Part shown: one piece after another, positions 1 through 10,553 of the stretch | Numbering within the stretch: the first letter of the stretch is position 1 | Layout: every line of letters starts with the position of its first letter | Source: Bacteroidota bacterium | Lineage (GTDB): Bacteria; Bacteroidota; Bacteroidia; Palsa-965 | Length of the DNA stretch: 64,000 bases | Direction of reading: 5' to 3' | Assembly (NCBI GenBank): GCA_016194975.1 | Contig: JACQAM010000005.1 | Span: 7,536-71,535, forward strand | The notes under the pieces: generated by a model | The model's database searches: none | What the model was told of the DNA's origin: nothing | The model's input: the letters and a program-made list of their open reading frames with translations, nothing else | Position numbers and translations under genes: made by a program

Positions 1-3000
1 CATATACATCTTCCTGGCATATAGTTCCACTCTTACCCTGCACTGTTCCATCCCATGCCTGGTTCATATCATTCGTCTGGAAAATAAGATTTCCCCAGCG
101 GTCAAAGATCCAGATGTTGTAAGAGGTAATTCCGATTCCTGTTCCGTAGAATCCATCATTTATTCCGTCACCATTCGGTGTAAATGCATTTGGAATATAG
201 AAAGTGAATTCCGGTTCTACAATCACTTCAAGTGACGTATCATCCGTACAGCCAAATTGATTATTCACCACCAGCGTTACTGTATAATTGCTTCCGTATT
301 CCTGCGAATATTCGTAGCTCGGATTCTGCATGCTTGAAGTATCCGATAACGTAGTTCCGTCACCAAAATTCCATGACCATGCAACAGGATTACCTTGCGA
401 GAGATCGGTGAAATTGATATTGGTATTAGTGACAGTTGTTGATGGAGGAGTAGCTGAAAAACTTGCAACAGGAACCGGATGCACTGTAATGTAATTCGGA
501 ATGTTCAACGTAGTTGCGCATCCACCATTAGACGTTGCAGTAAGTGTAACCGGATAAGTTCCGGGAGTGATGTAACAATGAGAAGGATTTTGTGTGAAAC
601 TATTCGGCGATCCATCTCCGAAATCCCACGTCCAACCAGTAATACTTCCTGAAGCAATCGTGGTCTGATCGAGGAAATTCACACAATGAACCGGGCATCC
701 CTGCAAAGAATCTCCAATGAACTGAACATTCGGAATTGAAGCAGTAACAACAGGAAGAACAATGGTATCAATACATCCTGCAGTGTTGGTTACGATCAAT
801 GTCACCTGATAAGTTGTATCATTAGTATAAGTGTGAACAGGATTCTGCGTATTTCCCAATGGAGATCCATCGCCGAAATCCCACGACCAGTTTGTGATCG
901 TTCCGGAATTTGGAATGGAAAGATCAGTGAGATTAGTCGGAGAATTTGCACAGACAACAACAGAACTGAAATTCGCTGTCGGCTGTGGATTCACAGTCAC
1001 ATTCTGATTTGTTGTAGTCTGACAACCATTGTTAGAAGTACAGGTGAGCGTCACCACATAAGAACCAGCAGTAGTATAGGCATAACTTGGATTCTGGAGA
1101 TTGGAGGTATCGCTTGTAATTGCAGCAACACCAAAATTCCAGGACCAATTGGTGATCGATCCTGAAGCAATTGTTGATTGATCTGTAAAAGATGAATTCG
1201 TTCCAATGCAAACTGCAGGAGCGGTGAATTGAACTTGCGGGCCTGGCGCAACAGTGACAGATAAAGTTGCCGTATCAGAACACGGTCCCGGATTTGCAAT
1301 GAGCGTGACTACATAAGTTCCTGCTGTTGCATAGGTGAAAGACGGGTTCTGTACATTGCTCGTATCGTTCGTTGCAACAGTTCCGAAATCCCAGAAATAG
1401 GAATTTCCATTTGCAGAAGTATTAGTGAACTGCATTGGAGAATTGGTGCAAACTGCAGTTGCGGTGAATGCTGCAATTGCGGATAGTCCAACTGATACAT
1501 TCTGCGTGATAGTTTGCGGACATCCATTCGTAGTATTTACTGTCAATGTGATCGTATAATTTCCGGGAGCAGAAAAAGTGTGCGACGGATTTGAAAGCGC
1601 AGAAGTATTATTTGGACCTGAAGCAGGATCTCCAAAATTCCACGATGTACTGGTGATAGCATCTGGCGGAGCAACTGTTGATGTGCTGGTGAAATTGACC
1701 AGCTGTCCGCCACAAACCTGGTTGAATACGAATGCCGGGGTTGGTAACGGATTTACAATTACACTTTGAGTCAATGTAGAAGGGCAAGGATTTCCACCAA
1801 CTGTGAGTGTAACATTATAAGTTCCTGCAGCTGTAAAAGTATGAGTAGCGTTTTGTGTATTGGCAGAATCATTTGCACCCGAAGGTGGATCTCCGAAATT
1901 CCAATTCCAGCTTGTAGGATTTGTAGATTGGTCCGTAAAATTCGTTGACTGTCCAACGCAAACAGTTGTACTGTTGAATGCCGCTAATCCTGCACTTCCC
2001 GGATTCACAATCTGGGTGATGGTATCCGCACAACCATTATTACTGGTTACAATTAAGGTCACGGTGTATTGACCCGGCGTTGTGTAAGTGTACGTCGGGC
2101 TGGCCACATTCGAGGTGTCGTTCGTTAGATTAGGATCTCCGAAATCCCAATAGTAATTCAATGATCCGTTGGAAATAGAACTGGTATTATTAAAAGTATA
2201 ACTCATAGAACATGCCGGCGAAGTAGGATTGAAAGCAGCGGTCGGTTGGGCATAAACAAAAACATTTCGTGTCAGTGTTGTATGACAACCGGTAACGGAA
2301 GTCATGTCCACCGAATAAGATCCGGCGGAATTCACAGTAATTGCTTGCGTAGTTGCGCCCGTACTCCATAAATATGCCGTTGCACCCACCGGGGCTGTAA
2401 GTGTAATTGCACTTCCCTGGCATAAGGAATCACTCATTGCAATCGTATATGGAAAACAGGAAGCATCTATGTAGGCATAACCAAAATGTCCACCATAAAT
2501 ACAACCCGAAGCAGTAAACCGAACGGTTACAGTGCTTGCCATATATGCTGTGAGATCCACATTTACTGTATTCCAAGGCGAGTAATAAGTCCATGGATCT
2601 ATAGCACTCGGAGTGAAGCCAGGTGTATTTCCTCCAGCAGCTTCAACATAATATTGAGCACATGGAATAAGATTATTCGATTGATCGAACATTTCAATTC
2701 GGAAATAGGGTTGCTCTCCTGCTGAGTGTCCTCCATCATTCAGAACTACTGCGTACGAATAAGTGAAACTTGTATTAGCAGCACCGACTGTAAAGGTTTG
2801 CTCCAACGCTTCACCCTGGTAATTCGCATATGTGTTTCCAAGACGAACTGAATAATTTCCACCTGGAAAAACGCAGGGAAATCCTCCGTACATATCATTT
2901 CCGGAAGCAGCAGAAACAATGGTATGTCGCGCATTCATATCGGAAAGCAGCGCATCCATTCCTGTTGTAAAAATTCCGGGATTAATATTCTGCAAAGGAC

Positions 3001-3412
3001 CATTTGAACTTACCGTGTTGTCGCCAATGAATCCTGTCCACCCCGTAAAATTTCCGGTTTCAAAATCCATATTGGTACAAGGGGTCATCGCTACCTGGTT
3101 GGGAATGCGCATGGCAGCGAGATCAGTATTTTTTTGCGCGACAGGAAGCTCGTACTTGCGATCTACATAGGAGCGTTTGCATCTCACAATAAACGCAGTC
3201 GTCTCTCTTGCATTCAGACCCTTATCATGCGCTTTTGCAATCGCTCTGCTCAGATTAAATCCATCGAGCGAATCGCCGTAAATGGGATCGGAAACTGACT
3301 GGATATTGCTTTGTGCGTTTGCCTGCGCACTTGCATTTTCCGTGATCAGGAATCCGAAGAAAATTACTGTACTCCAAACAGCAATTTTCAGATTCGTGAA
3401 AATGTGTTTCAT
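1..3412 (-). CDS. Large secreted PKD-repeat protein with gliding-motility-associated (type B T9SS) C-terminal domain; 3' end runs off the window start
   Basis: Manual translation from ATG 3412: signal peptide MKHIFTNLKIAVWSTVIFFGFLITENASAQ, eight W(D/N)FGD/T PKD motifs, C-terminal FYIPNAFTPNGDGINDGF...IFDRWGNLIF...WDG. Absent from the ORF track because the stop lies outside the window. Frame checked at both ends and one internal point. Confidence 0.9.
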   Translation of the reverse strand, partial: MKHIFTNLKIAVWSTVIFFGFLITENASAQANAQSNIQSVSDPIYGDSLDGFNLSRAIAKAHDKGLNARETTAFIVRCKRSYVDRKYELPVAQKNTDLAAMRIPNQVAMTPCTNMDFETGNFTGWTGFIGDNTVSSNGPLQNINPGIFTTGMDALLSDMNARHTIVSAASGNDMYGGFPCVFPGGNYSVRLGNTYANYQGEALEQTFTVGAANTSFTYSYAVVLNDGGHSAGEQPYFRIEMFDQSNNLIPCAQYYVEAAGGNTPGFTPSAIDPWTYYSPWNTVNVDLTAYMASTVTVRFTASGCIYGGHFGYAYIDASCFPYTIAMSDSLCQGSAITLTAPVGATAYLWSTGATTQAITVNSAGSYSVDMTSVTGCHTTLTRNVFVYAQPTAAFNPTSPACSMSYTFNNTSSISNGSLNYYWDFGDPNLTNDTSNVASPTYTYTTPGQYTVTLIVTSNNGCADTITQIVNPGSAGLAAFNSTTVCVGQSTNFTDQSTNPTSWNWNFGDPPSGANDSANTQNATHTFTAAGTYNVTLTVGGNPCPSTLTQSVIVNPLPTPAFVFNQVCGGQLVNFTSTSTVAPPDAITSTSWNFGDPASGPNNTSALSNPSHTFSAPGNYTITLTVNTTNGCPQTITQNVSVGLSAIAAFTATAVCTNSPMQFTNTSANGNSYFWDFGTVATNDTSNVQNPSFTYATAGTYVVTLIANPGPCSDTATLSVTVAPGPQVQFTAPAVCIGTNSSFTDQSTIASGSITNWSWNFGVAAITSDTSNLQNPSYAYTTAGSYVVTLTCTSNNGCQTTTNQNVTVNPQPTANFSSVVVCANSPTNLTDLSIPNSGTITNWSWDFGDGSPLGNTQNPVHTYTNDTTYQVTLIVTNTAGCIDTIVLPVVTASIPNVQFIGDSLQGCPVHCVNFLDQTTIASGSITGWTWDFGDGSPNSFTQNPSHCYITPGTYPVTLTATSNGGCATTLNIPNYITVHPVPVASFSATPPSTTVTNTNINFTDLSQGNPVAWSWNFGDGTTLSDTSSMQNPSYEYSQEYGSNYTVTLVVNNQFGCTDDTSLEVIVEPEFTFYIPNAFTPNGDGINDGFYGTGIGITSYNIWIFDRWGNLIFQTNDMNQAWDGTVQGKSGTICQEDVY

Positions 3413-3535
3413 CTACTTTTCTGGTTAGGACGGAAAAAGTATTTTTTTTTTGAAAACGCAATTTAAGACAAAAACCCCATCAAGTCAAGCCCTATTTTGC
3501 CGACCAAGCTTACTTTTCAACAGATGAATGGTTAA

Positions 3536-4432
3536 TTAGGCCGGTTTATTTGCCCAATCGATACCCTTTTTAAGCAAGGCAAGCGTCTTCTCTTCCTCTG
3601 ATCCGTCTCCAGGAACAAAATTGTAGATCCACGATGCATTTTCTGGCAATGACATCAATATTGATTCCGTCCTGCCATCGGTCATCAACCCGAACTTTGT
3701 TCCTTTATCGTAAACCAGGTTGAATTCCACATAACGTCCGCGGCGAATCAATTGCCATTTCTTTTCCTTCTCCCCGTATTTTTTTGTTCGGTTCCTGCGG
3801 ATGATCTCGACGTAAGTTTGCGAAAATATATTTCCAACAGCCATTACGAATTCGAATAGATCTTCTTTACTTCTATCCGCGAGGCGATCGAAAAATATTC
3901 CTCCTATTCCACGCGTTTCATTCCGGTGTTTGATAAAAAAATATTCATCGGCGTTTTTTCTGAAGCACGGATAAAATTTTGCGTCGAATTTGTCGCAGAC
4001 CTTTTTCAATTGACGGTGAAAAAAAACAGCATCATCTTCTACAACATAGATCGGCGTAAGATCTATTCCTCCGCCGAACCACCAGGTTCCATCCGCAAGT
4101 TCAAAATAGCGTACATTCATGTGAATGATCGGAACCATCGGGCTTGACGGATGAATGACAATGGAAACTCCGGTTGCGAAAAAATTTTTATCATTCACTT
4201 TCAATGCATGCATGATCTTTTCGGGAAGTTCTCCGTGCACTGCAGAAAAATTCACACCGCCTTTTTCAATAATGGCTCCATACTGAATGACCTTTGTAAT
4301 CCCTCCGCCTCCGCCATCGCGCTCCCAATTCTCAGAAGAAAATTCCGCACCACCATCTTCTTTTTTAAGATCGGTACAGATCGCAGATTGTAATTCGCGA
4401 AATGCAGAAGAAACAGAATCTTTTGTGATCAT
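3536..4432 (-). CDS. hemF: Oxygen-dependent coproporphyrinogen III oxidase
   Basis: EKGGVNFS, WWFGGGIDLTP and RRGRYVEFNLVYDKGTKFGL motifs. Start moved to ATG 4432, just past the upstream stop. Confidence 0.95.
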   Translation of the reverse strand: MITKDSVSSAFRELQSAICTDLKKEDGGAEFSSENWERDGGGGGITKVIQYGAIIEKGGVNFSAVHGELPEKIMHALKVNDKNFFATGVSIVIHPSSPMVPIIHMNVRYFELADGTWWFGGGIDLTPIYVVEDDAVFFHRQLKKVCDKFDAKFYPCFRKNADEYFFIKHRNETRGIGGIFFDRLADRSKEDLFEFVMAVGNIFSQTYVEIIRRNRTKKYGEKEKKWQLIRRGRYVEFNLVYDKGTKFGLMTDGRTESILMSLPENASWIYNFVPGDGSEEEKTLALLKKGIDWANKPA

Positions 4433-4436
4433 AATT

Positions 4437-6083
4437 TCATTGAATGCGATGCAAACGGTATTCACTCACTTTCACAATCCGGACTCCTTTATTTTCATAA
4501 CCGCTTTCGGGATCACTGCGATAGAAAGAAAAATCCTGCTGGATTCCGCTGCCTTTCAATTCGGGTGCCTTCGCATAAAAATCAGTTCCGTAAGTATAGA
4601 GCGAATGAAGAAAAAATAAAGTGACGTCGTATCCTGCATAAGCATAAGGAGCCGGATCAGAGTGAAAACAACTTTCATAACTGGCAATGAATTTTTTTAC
4701 CACCATGTTTGAATCGTAATCAACAAAATACGGAGCCGCGTAATGAAACTGTAATTTCTCAAGATATTCAGGATCCATATTGTCAAACGTCATCCATGTG
4801 CTTGTACCGAAGAGCATGATCGGATAATCATCGGCAAGTCCATTGATGAGACGAACCAGATCAGTAACGTATGCCTGGTTGTTAGAAGTAATAACAATAA
4901 CATTCATTTTATCTTTTTTCATCATTCCCTGTAGTGCTGCAAATCCTTTAGCTATACGCACACTGTCTTTCTCATCGGGAAAAAGCAATTTATTAGCCAT
5001 GGAATAAAATGCATTTCCGGCAGCCGCTTCTTTAGGAATTCCGGAATTGAAGAGAATGATATTATCGGTTTTATTATTCGCGGCAATATAAACGGCCAAC
5101 TGTTCCATTTGCGTGGAAATACTAGGAAGTGTTTTTATTGCTTCCGGCTGATGAAAGATCACGCGATTAGCAGGAGAAACCGGTGACACGATGGCCACAT
5201 GATGTTCTTTTGCCCATTGGGAAACCGGGAAAAAAGATGCAGGGCTCAGCGGACCAATTATGAGATCCATTCCGGAAAATTCACTTCTGCCGAGAATCGT
5301 TTTCACTTTTTCAGAATCCGCATCGTCCACATCATACACATGCAGATCAATGATCATCCCGGTTTTTTTCATGGAATCGAGCGCGAGTAAAGCTCCTTCG
5401 TAAAACTGAACGGCTGCAAGCGCTTTGGGAGGAAAATCTTTTTGCCCATTGGTAATTGCATCTACATCGAGATTATCTGCATTCCATCCCTGAAAAGGCA
5501 ACATCATCGCCACCTGGTATGCATCTTTTTTCTTCAGCGTGAAAGAAGTATCAGAACCAACATTGCTATTAACCACATTGCTAATTGCAACCGAATTTCC
5601 GCTTTTAGAAGGGATCTTTAATTCTTCACCAATTCTCAATCCATTCTTCGCGTCGGGATTCAGTTTCAGAATTTCATCCTGGGAAATATTATACTTCAAC
5701 GCAATGCTGTATAACGTTTGTCCGGCTTCCACTTTGTGAATGAAAAATCCGGTATCCGCTGCCGGAGGTTTTGTTGTATTCACCACCTGTTTCTGCGCGG
5801 GAATGCGCAATACCTGCCCGGGTTTTATTCCATTGAGCGCATCCGGATTTTCAACGAGCACATCATTCACAGTAAGATCATAGGTTTTTGCAATGGCATA
5901 AAGCGTCTGGCCTTTCTCAACCGTATGCAGGTAATATTTTTTTCCATCAATGATCTCTGTCTTTGTTGATTTTTTTATTCCGCCATCTTTATTCTTCTGC
6001 GCGAATGAAAAATTCACCAGCATCACCAGCATCACAGTGAGTAAACTGCGTGTAGTAAAAAAAATATTTTTTTCAGCGGTCAT
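4437..6083 (-). CDS. LysM-repeat protein with C-terminal periplasmic-binding-protein type 1 fold
   Basis: N-terminal signal/TM segment, two LysM motifs (HTVEKGQTLYAIAKTY, HKVEAGQTLYSIALKY), then VAMMLPF...DLIIGP...AYAGYDV. Typical guaA neighbour in Bacteroidota. Confidence 0.8.
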   Translation of the reverse strand: MTAEKNIFFTTRSLLTVMLVMLVNFSFAQKNKDGGIKKSTKTEIIDGKKYYLHTVEKGQTLYAIAKTYDLTVNDVLVENPDALNGIKPGQVLRIPAQKQVVNTTKPPAADTGFFIHKVEAGQTLYSIALKYNISQDEILKLNPDAKNGLRIGEELKIPSKSGNSVAISNVVNSNVGSDTSFTLKKKDAYQVAMMLPFQGWNADNLDVDAITNGQKDFPPKALAAVQFYEGALLALDSMKKTGMIIDLHVYDVDDADSEKVKTILGRSEFSGMDLIIGPLSPASFFPVSQWAKEHHVAIVSPVSPANRVIFHQPEAIKTLPSISTQMEQLAVYIAANNKTDNIILFNSGIPKEAAAGNAFYSMANKLLFPDEKDSVRIAKGFAALQGMMKKDKMNVIVITSNNQAYVTDLVRLINGLADDYPIMLFGTSTWMTFDNMDPEYLEKLQFHYAAPYFVDYDSNMVVKKFIASYESCFHSDPAPYAYAGYDVTLFFLHSLYTYGTDFYAKAPELKGSGIQQDFSFYRSDPESGYENKGVRIVKVSEYRLHRIQ

Positions 6084-6106
6084 TGACACCTCAGCAAATT
6101 AGCACA

Positions 6107-7636
6107 TTATTCCCACTCGATGGTTGCCGGAGGTTTCGAACTGATATCGTACACCACGCGGTTTATTCCTTTCACTTTATTGATGATCTCATTACTCATT
6201 TTTCCTAAAAACTCATAAGGAAGATGGCACCAGTCGGCCGTCATTCCATCGGTGGAAGTTACCGCGCGCAACGCGATCGCATTCTCGTACGTGCGCTCGT
6301 CGCCCATTACGCCTACGCTCTGCACAGGAAGAAGTATCACTCCCGCCTGCCACACCGAACGGTAAAGCCCGTGTTTTTTCAATCCTTCAATGAATATATG
6401 ATCTGCTTCCTGCAATATGCGTACCTTTTCTTCTGTGACGTCGCCAAGAATGCGAATGCCGAGTCCGGGCCCTGGAAAAGGATGACGATGCAGAATATTA
6501 TGTTCTAAACCAAGCGCATCGCCCACTCTTCTCACTTCATCTTTAAAAAGCAAACGCAGCGGTTCTACAATTTGCATTTTCATTGTATCGGGTAATCCTC
6601 CAACGTTGTGATGCGATTTGATAGTTTGCGATGGGCCACCCACAGAAACTGATTCGATCACATCGGGATAAATGGTTCCCTGTCCCAGCCATTTTACATC
6701 TTTTATCGCGTGTGCTTCTGTATCAAAAACTTCAATGAAAACGCGTCCGATTATTTTTCTTTTTTTCTCCGGATCTTTTTCTCCTTCGAGTTCCGAGTAA
6801 AATCTTTTTTTCGCGTCCACACCTTTTACATTCAGCCCCATGTGCTGGTAGGAATCAAGCACGGAAGTAAATTCATCTTTCCTCAGTAAACCATTATCAA
6901 CAAAAATGCAAAAGAGATTTTTTCCAATGGCTTTATGCAGCAGTAACGCGGCAACAGAAGAATCAACTCCACCCGAAAGTCCCATGACCACTTTATCATT
7001 ACCAATTTTCTTTTTCAACTCTTCAACCGTGTCATTAATAAAACTTCCCGGCGTCCAGTCCTGTTTGCAGCGACAGATTCCAACAACAAAATTTTTCAGC
7101 AAGGCAGGGCCTTCGGTGGAATGATAAACTTCCGGATGAAACTGAATTCCCCAGGTTTCTTCTCCTTCAATGGCATAACCGGCATAAGTAACATCACTGG
7201 TGCTTGCAATTACTTTGAATGAAGCTGGAATTTTTGTGATCGTATCGGCATGCGACATCCACACCTGTGAATTATGAGAAACTCCTCTGAAAAGGCGATC
7301 CACATCATCCACATGCGCGAGATTTGCACGGCCATACTCGCGATGTTTCGAGGGCAACACTTCTCCTCCATTCTGCGACGCGAGTAATTGAGCTCCGTAA
7401 CAAATACCCAGCACAGGAATTTTTTTTCGGTAAGCAGAAATATCAGGGTTCGGCGCATTTACATCGCGCACCGAGAACGGGCTCCCGGAAAGAATAACAC
7501 CTTTCACCGATGAATTTATAGCAGGAACTTTATTGTAAGGATGAATTTCACAGTAAACATTCAGCTCACGCACACGACGCGCGATGAGTTGTGTGTATTG
7601 CGATCCGAAATCGAGGATCAGAATTTTTTCATGCAT
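6107..7636 (-). CDS. guaA: GMP synthase (glutamine-hydrolysing)
   Basis: [52 protein letters not shown]. Start moved to ATG 7636 because the track's TTG lies inside a TATCTTTG box. Confidence 0.98.
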   Translation of the reverse strand: MHEKILILDFGSQYTQLIARRVRELNVYCEIHPYNKVPAINSSVKGVILSGSPFSVRDVNAPNPDISAYRKKIPVLGICYGAQLLASQNGGEVLPSKHREYGRANLAHVDDVDRLFRGVSHNSQVWMSHADTITKIPASFKVIASTSDVTYAGYAIEGEETWGIQFHPEVYHSTEGPALLKNFVVGICRCKQDWTPGSFINDTVEELKKKIGNDKVVMGLSGGVDSSVAALLLHKAIGKNLFCIFVDNGLLRKDEFTSVLDSYQHMGLNVKGVDAKKRFYSELEGEKDPEKKRKIIGRVFIEVFDTEAHAIKDVKWLGQGTIYPDVIESVSVGGPSQTIKSHHNVGGLPDTMKMQIVEPLRLLFKDEVRRVGDALGLEHNILHRHPFPGPGLGIRILGDVTEEKVRILQEADHIFIEGLKKHGLYRSVWQAGVILLPVQSVGVMGDERTYENAIALRAVTSTDGMTADWCHLPYEFLGKMSNEIINKVKGINRVVYDISSKPPATIEWE

Positions 7637-7765
7637 ATCCGGCAAAGATAGTTGGGAGAGCGGAGTTGTGAGTTGGAAGAGGAAATTTTGTTGGTAAATC
7701 TGTAATCATCCCGGTGTCTTCCAATTATTCTAAATTAGCGTACTGAACAAACCTAAAGTTTCCCA

Positions 7766-8698
7766 ATGAAAAAATTTTTACTCGCAGGCGCACTGTTGAT
7801 CTCCTTCAGCTTTTATGCACAGAATCTCGTTCTCAATCCCGGTTTTGAAGACACACTCGCTTGTCCGAATTCAGTTAGCCAACTGAATTATGCAGCTAAT
7901 TGGATCACCGACGTGAACACCCCCGATTATTATAACACGTGCGACGAGCCCGGGCAGGTGGGCGTTCCTGTGAGCGCACGCGGATACCAGCCCGCGCGAA
8001 CGGGAAATGCATTTGCCGGTGAGGTGAATTATTACACTTCGCAGGTTGATTATCGCGAAATGTTTCATCAGCAACTTTCATCTCCGCTTGTCGCCGGTGT
8101 AGTTTACAATGTGGGAATGTATGTGATCATGAATGAAGATCATGCGATGTGGGCGGTGGATGGAAATCTCGGGATTTATATTTCAAATACTCCCATCAAT
8201 TCGCTTACACCATTTGCCTACACTCCACAAATTGCGAATGCGCCGGGAAATGTGCTCAACGATTCGCTTAACTGGACCGCGATCTCCGGAACCTACACAG
8301 CTGTGGGTGGAGAACAATACATCACCATTGGAAGTTTCATTCACGACAGCCAGCTTACTATTATCAATCGCGGTGGAAGTTATCCTTTCACTTCTTATGC
8401 CATTGACGATGTGTGGGTGATTCCTGATTCGCTTATGCTTTCCGTAAAAAATCCTCTGCCGGAAATAAATGTGAGTGTTTATCCTGATCCGGTTGCGGAC
8501 GTTCTGAATGTGACGATGAAAAATTCTCCGTCATCTCAACTCCTTCTTTACAATTCGCTCGGCGAGATCATGCTGCAGAAAAAAATACAGGCCGGTAAAA
8601 ATTCCATTGATGTTTCAGCGTTTGCGAATGGAATTTATTTTGTGAACGTCAGTGACGGAGAAAATTCTGTGAATAAAATGATTGTGGTGCAACACTGA
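7766..8698 (+). CDS. T9SS type A sorting domain protein with N-terminal beta-sandwich (CBM-like) domain
   Basis: Signal peptide, QNLVLNPGFE...TPDYYNTC...YRE domain, CTD SVYPDPVAD...YNSLGE...IDVSAFANGIYFV. Confidence 0.85.
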   Translation: MKKFLLAGALLISFSFYAQNLVLNPGFEDTLACPNSVSQLNYAANWITDVNTPDYYNTCDEPGQVGVPVSARGYQPARTGNAFAGEVNYYTSQVDYREMFHQQLSSPLVAGVVYNVGMYVIMNEDHAMWAVDGNLGIYISNTPINSLTPFAYTPQIANAPGNVLNDSLNWTAISGTYTAVGGEQYITIGSFIHDSQLTIINRGGSYPFTSYAIDDVWVIPDSLMLSVKNPLPEINVSVYPDPVADVLNVTMKNSPSSQLLLYNSLGEIMLQKKIQAGKNSIDVSAFANGIYFVNVSDGENSVNKMIVVQH

Positions 8699-8757
8699 AA
8701 AATTACAAATAGCGGCTCCCGATTTTTTTACCTTTGCAATGCCGCTAAAAAAATCCA

Positions 8758-10125
8758 GTGTCCAAAAAGAAATCCAGGACGAGAACGGTAAAAGTTCCCG
8801 CCGAAGTCAGTGATCTTTTCGAGAATGCAGAAAAGGTTGTGGATAAATACTTCCGTAATCTTAAAATGGATCCGACCAAAGCTTCCATTGAAGTGAACGG
8901 CCAGCGTTACCTGCTTGTGCGCGCATCTGCACTCTCGCTCGAGTTCCTCGAATCCATTCAACGTTTTTATTCCGACCGTGGAAAAGAAGAAGCAATGCTC
9001 ATTGGTAAAAATATGCTTTTCGACCTGGCGCATCTCATCGGGCTCAGTGATGCAAAGAATTTCCATCAGCAGATGAAATTGAAAGATCCCATTGCAAAAT
9101 TATCAGCCGGACCGGTACATTTTGCTTACACCGGCTGGGCGTCGGTTCACATTCTCGAAGAGAGCCGGCCGAGTCCCGATAAAAATTATTTTCTGAAATA
9201 TCACCACCCTTATTCGTTTGAAGCCGACAGTTGGATCCGTTCCGGGAAAAAATCAGATCAGCCCGTATGTTTCATGAATGCAGGATATTCTTCGGGATGG
9301 TGCGAAGCGAGTTTCGGAATTTCGCTTACTGCTGTAGAGATCGCATGCAAAGCAAAAGGCGATCCGCATTGCACTTTCATTATGGCTCCACCCGACCAGA
9401 TCGAGAAGTATGTGAAGAGTGAAAAGCAATTGAGCAAAAAAGCAAAACCAAAAGTTCCGTATTTCCTCGAGCGGAAAAAAATGGAAGAACAGGTGAAACA
9501 ATCGCTCGTGGAAAAGGAAATGCTGCTTCGCGAAATTCATCATCGCGTAAAAAATAATTTGCAGGTGATCACCAGTCTGCTCGGATTGCAATCAAGTTTG
9601 ATCTCCGATGAGCATGTGAAAGAACTTTTCACACAGAGCCAGTACCGCATCAATTCCATGGCGTTCGTTCATGAAATGCTTTACCAGGCCGATGATATTT
9701 CCCGGATCAGTTTCGGCGATTACCTGAAAAAATTAGTGGGCGGACTTGTGAGATCAATGAAGGGTGAAAAAAATAAAGTAAAACTCAGCATCAGCGTTCC
9801 CGATATAAACCTGAGTATCGATACAGCCGTTCCACTCGGGCTAATGATCAACGAGATCATCACCAATTCGCTGAAATACGGAATCACCGATGATCATGCG
9901 GGTACCATTACCATAAAACTTATAGTAGAAAAAGGAAAAAAATTCCGATTGACGATCGGTGATAATGGCGCAGGATATTCAGAAGAAAAAATAAGTTCAT
10001 CTTCTTCACTCGGATTGCTGCTGATCAGGAATCTTGCCCGGCAACTGGAAGGAACTATTGAAAAAGAAAAAAGAAAAGGAACACATTACACTATCAATTT
10101 CCGCGAGATCGGACATTTAAAATAA
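8758..10125 (+). CDS. Cytoplasmic sensor histidine kinase: XylR_N/V4R input domain plus HisKA_2/HATPase
   Basis: V4R-type VC(171)...VE(194)IAC(197)KAKGDPHC(205), H-box HHRVKNNLQ, N-box NEIITNSLKYG, DNGAG, LGLLLI. No TM helix. Confidence 0.88.
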   Translation: MSKKKSRTRTVKVPAEVSDLFENAEKVVDKYFRNLKMDPTKASIEVNGQRYLLVRASALSLEFLESIQRFYSDRGKEEAMLIGKNMLFDLAHLIGLSDAKNFHQQMKLKDPIAKLSAGPVHFAYTGWASVHILEESRPSPDKNYFLKYHHPYSFEADSWIRSGKKSDQPVCFMNAGYSSGWCEASFGISLTAVEIACKAKGDPHCTFIMAPPDQIEKYVKSEKQLSKKAKPKVPYFLERKKMEEQVKQSLVEKEMLLREIHHRVKNNLQVITSLLGLQSSLISDEHVKELFTQSQYRINSMAFVHEMLYQADDISRISFGDYLKKLVGGLVRSMKGEKNKVKLSISVPDINLSIDTAVPLGLMINEIITNSLKYGITDDHAGTITIKLIVEKGKKFRLTIGDNGAGYSEEKISSSSSLGLLLIRNLARQLEGTIEKEKRKGTHYTINFREIGHLK

Positions 10126-10133
10126 TAAATCGG

Positions 10134-10511
10134 GTGCATTACAAACGAATTCTCATTGTAGAAGACGACGTCATCATCCAGATGTTCGTTCGGAGAATTC
10201 TTACCAACATGGGATTGGATGTGATCGGTGAAGTGCAGTCGGGGCCGGAAGTTTTAAATTTTTTACTCACTGACCAACCCGATCTCATTCTGATGGACAT
10301 CGGTTTGAAAGGGCCAATGGATGGAATTGAAACTGCGGAAGAAGTGAATCTCATTTATAGAATTCCCATTCTTTTTCTCACCGGGAATTCCGACCTCGCA
10401 ACAACAGAACGCATCCGGAAAACAAAACCCATTGGCATTCTTTCAAAACCTGTTGGCGAAAGAGAATTGCGTGCAAAACTGAAAAGTCTGAGTGAAAGTA
10501 AAACGGATTAA
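10134..10511 (+). CDS. Single-domain response regulator (receiver only)
   Basis: ILIVEDD, DLILMD, FLTG, SKP receiver motifs; 125 aa with no output domain; starts 8 nt after the kinase. Confidence 0.9.
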   Translation: MHYKRILIVEDDVIIQMFVRRILTNMGLDVIGEVQSGPEVLNFLLTDQPDLILMDIGLKGPMDGIETAEEVNLIYRIPILFLTGNSDLATTERIRKTKPIGILSKPVGERELRAKLKSLSESKTD

Positions 10512-10553
10512 AAAATAACAAGCCATAAATTCCAAATAACAATTCCTGATTTT

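Noticed and set aside
3442-3451. T10 tract upstream of the PKD adhesin as a phase-variation switch
   Set aside because: Similar A/T runs of 8-9 nt occur in several intergenic regions of this AT-rich window.
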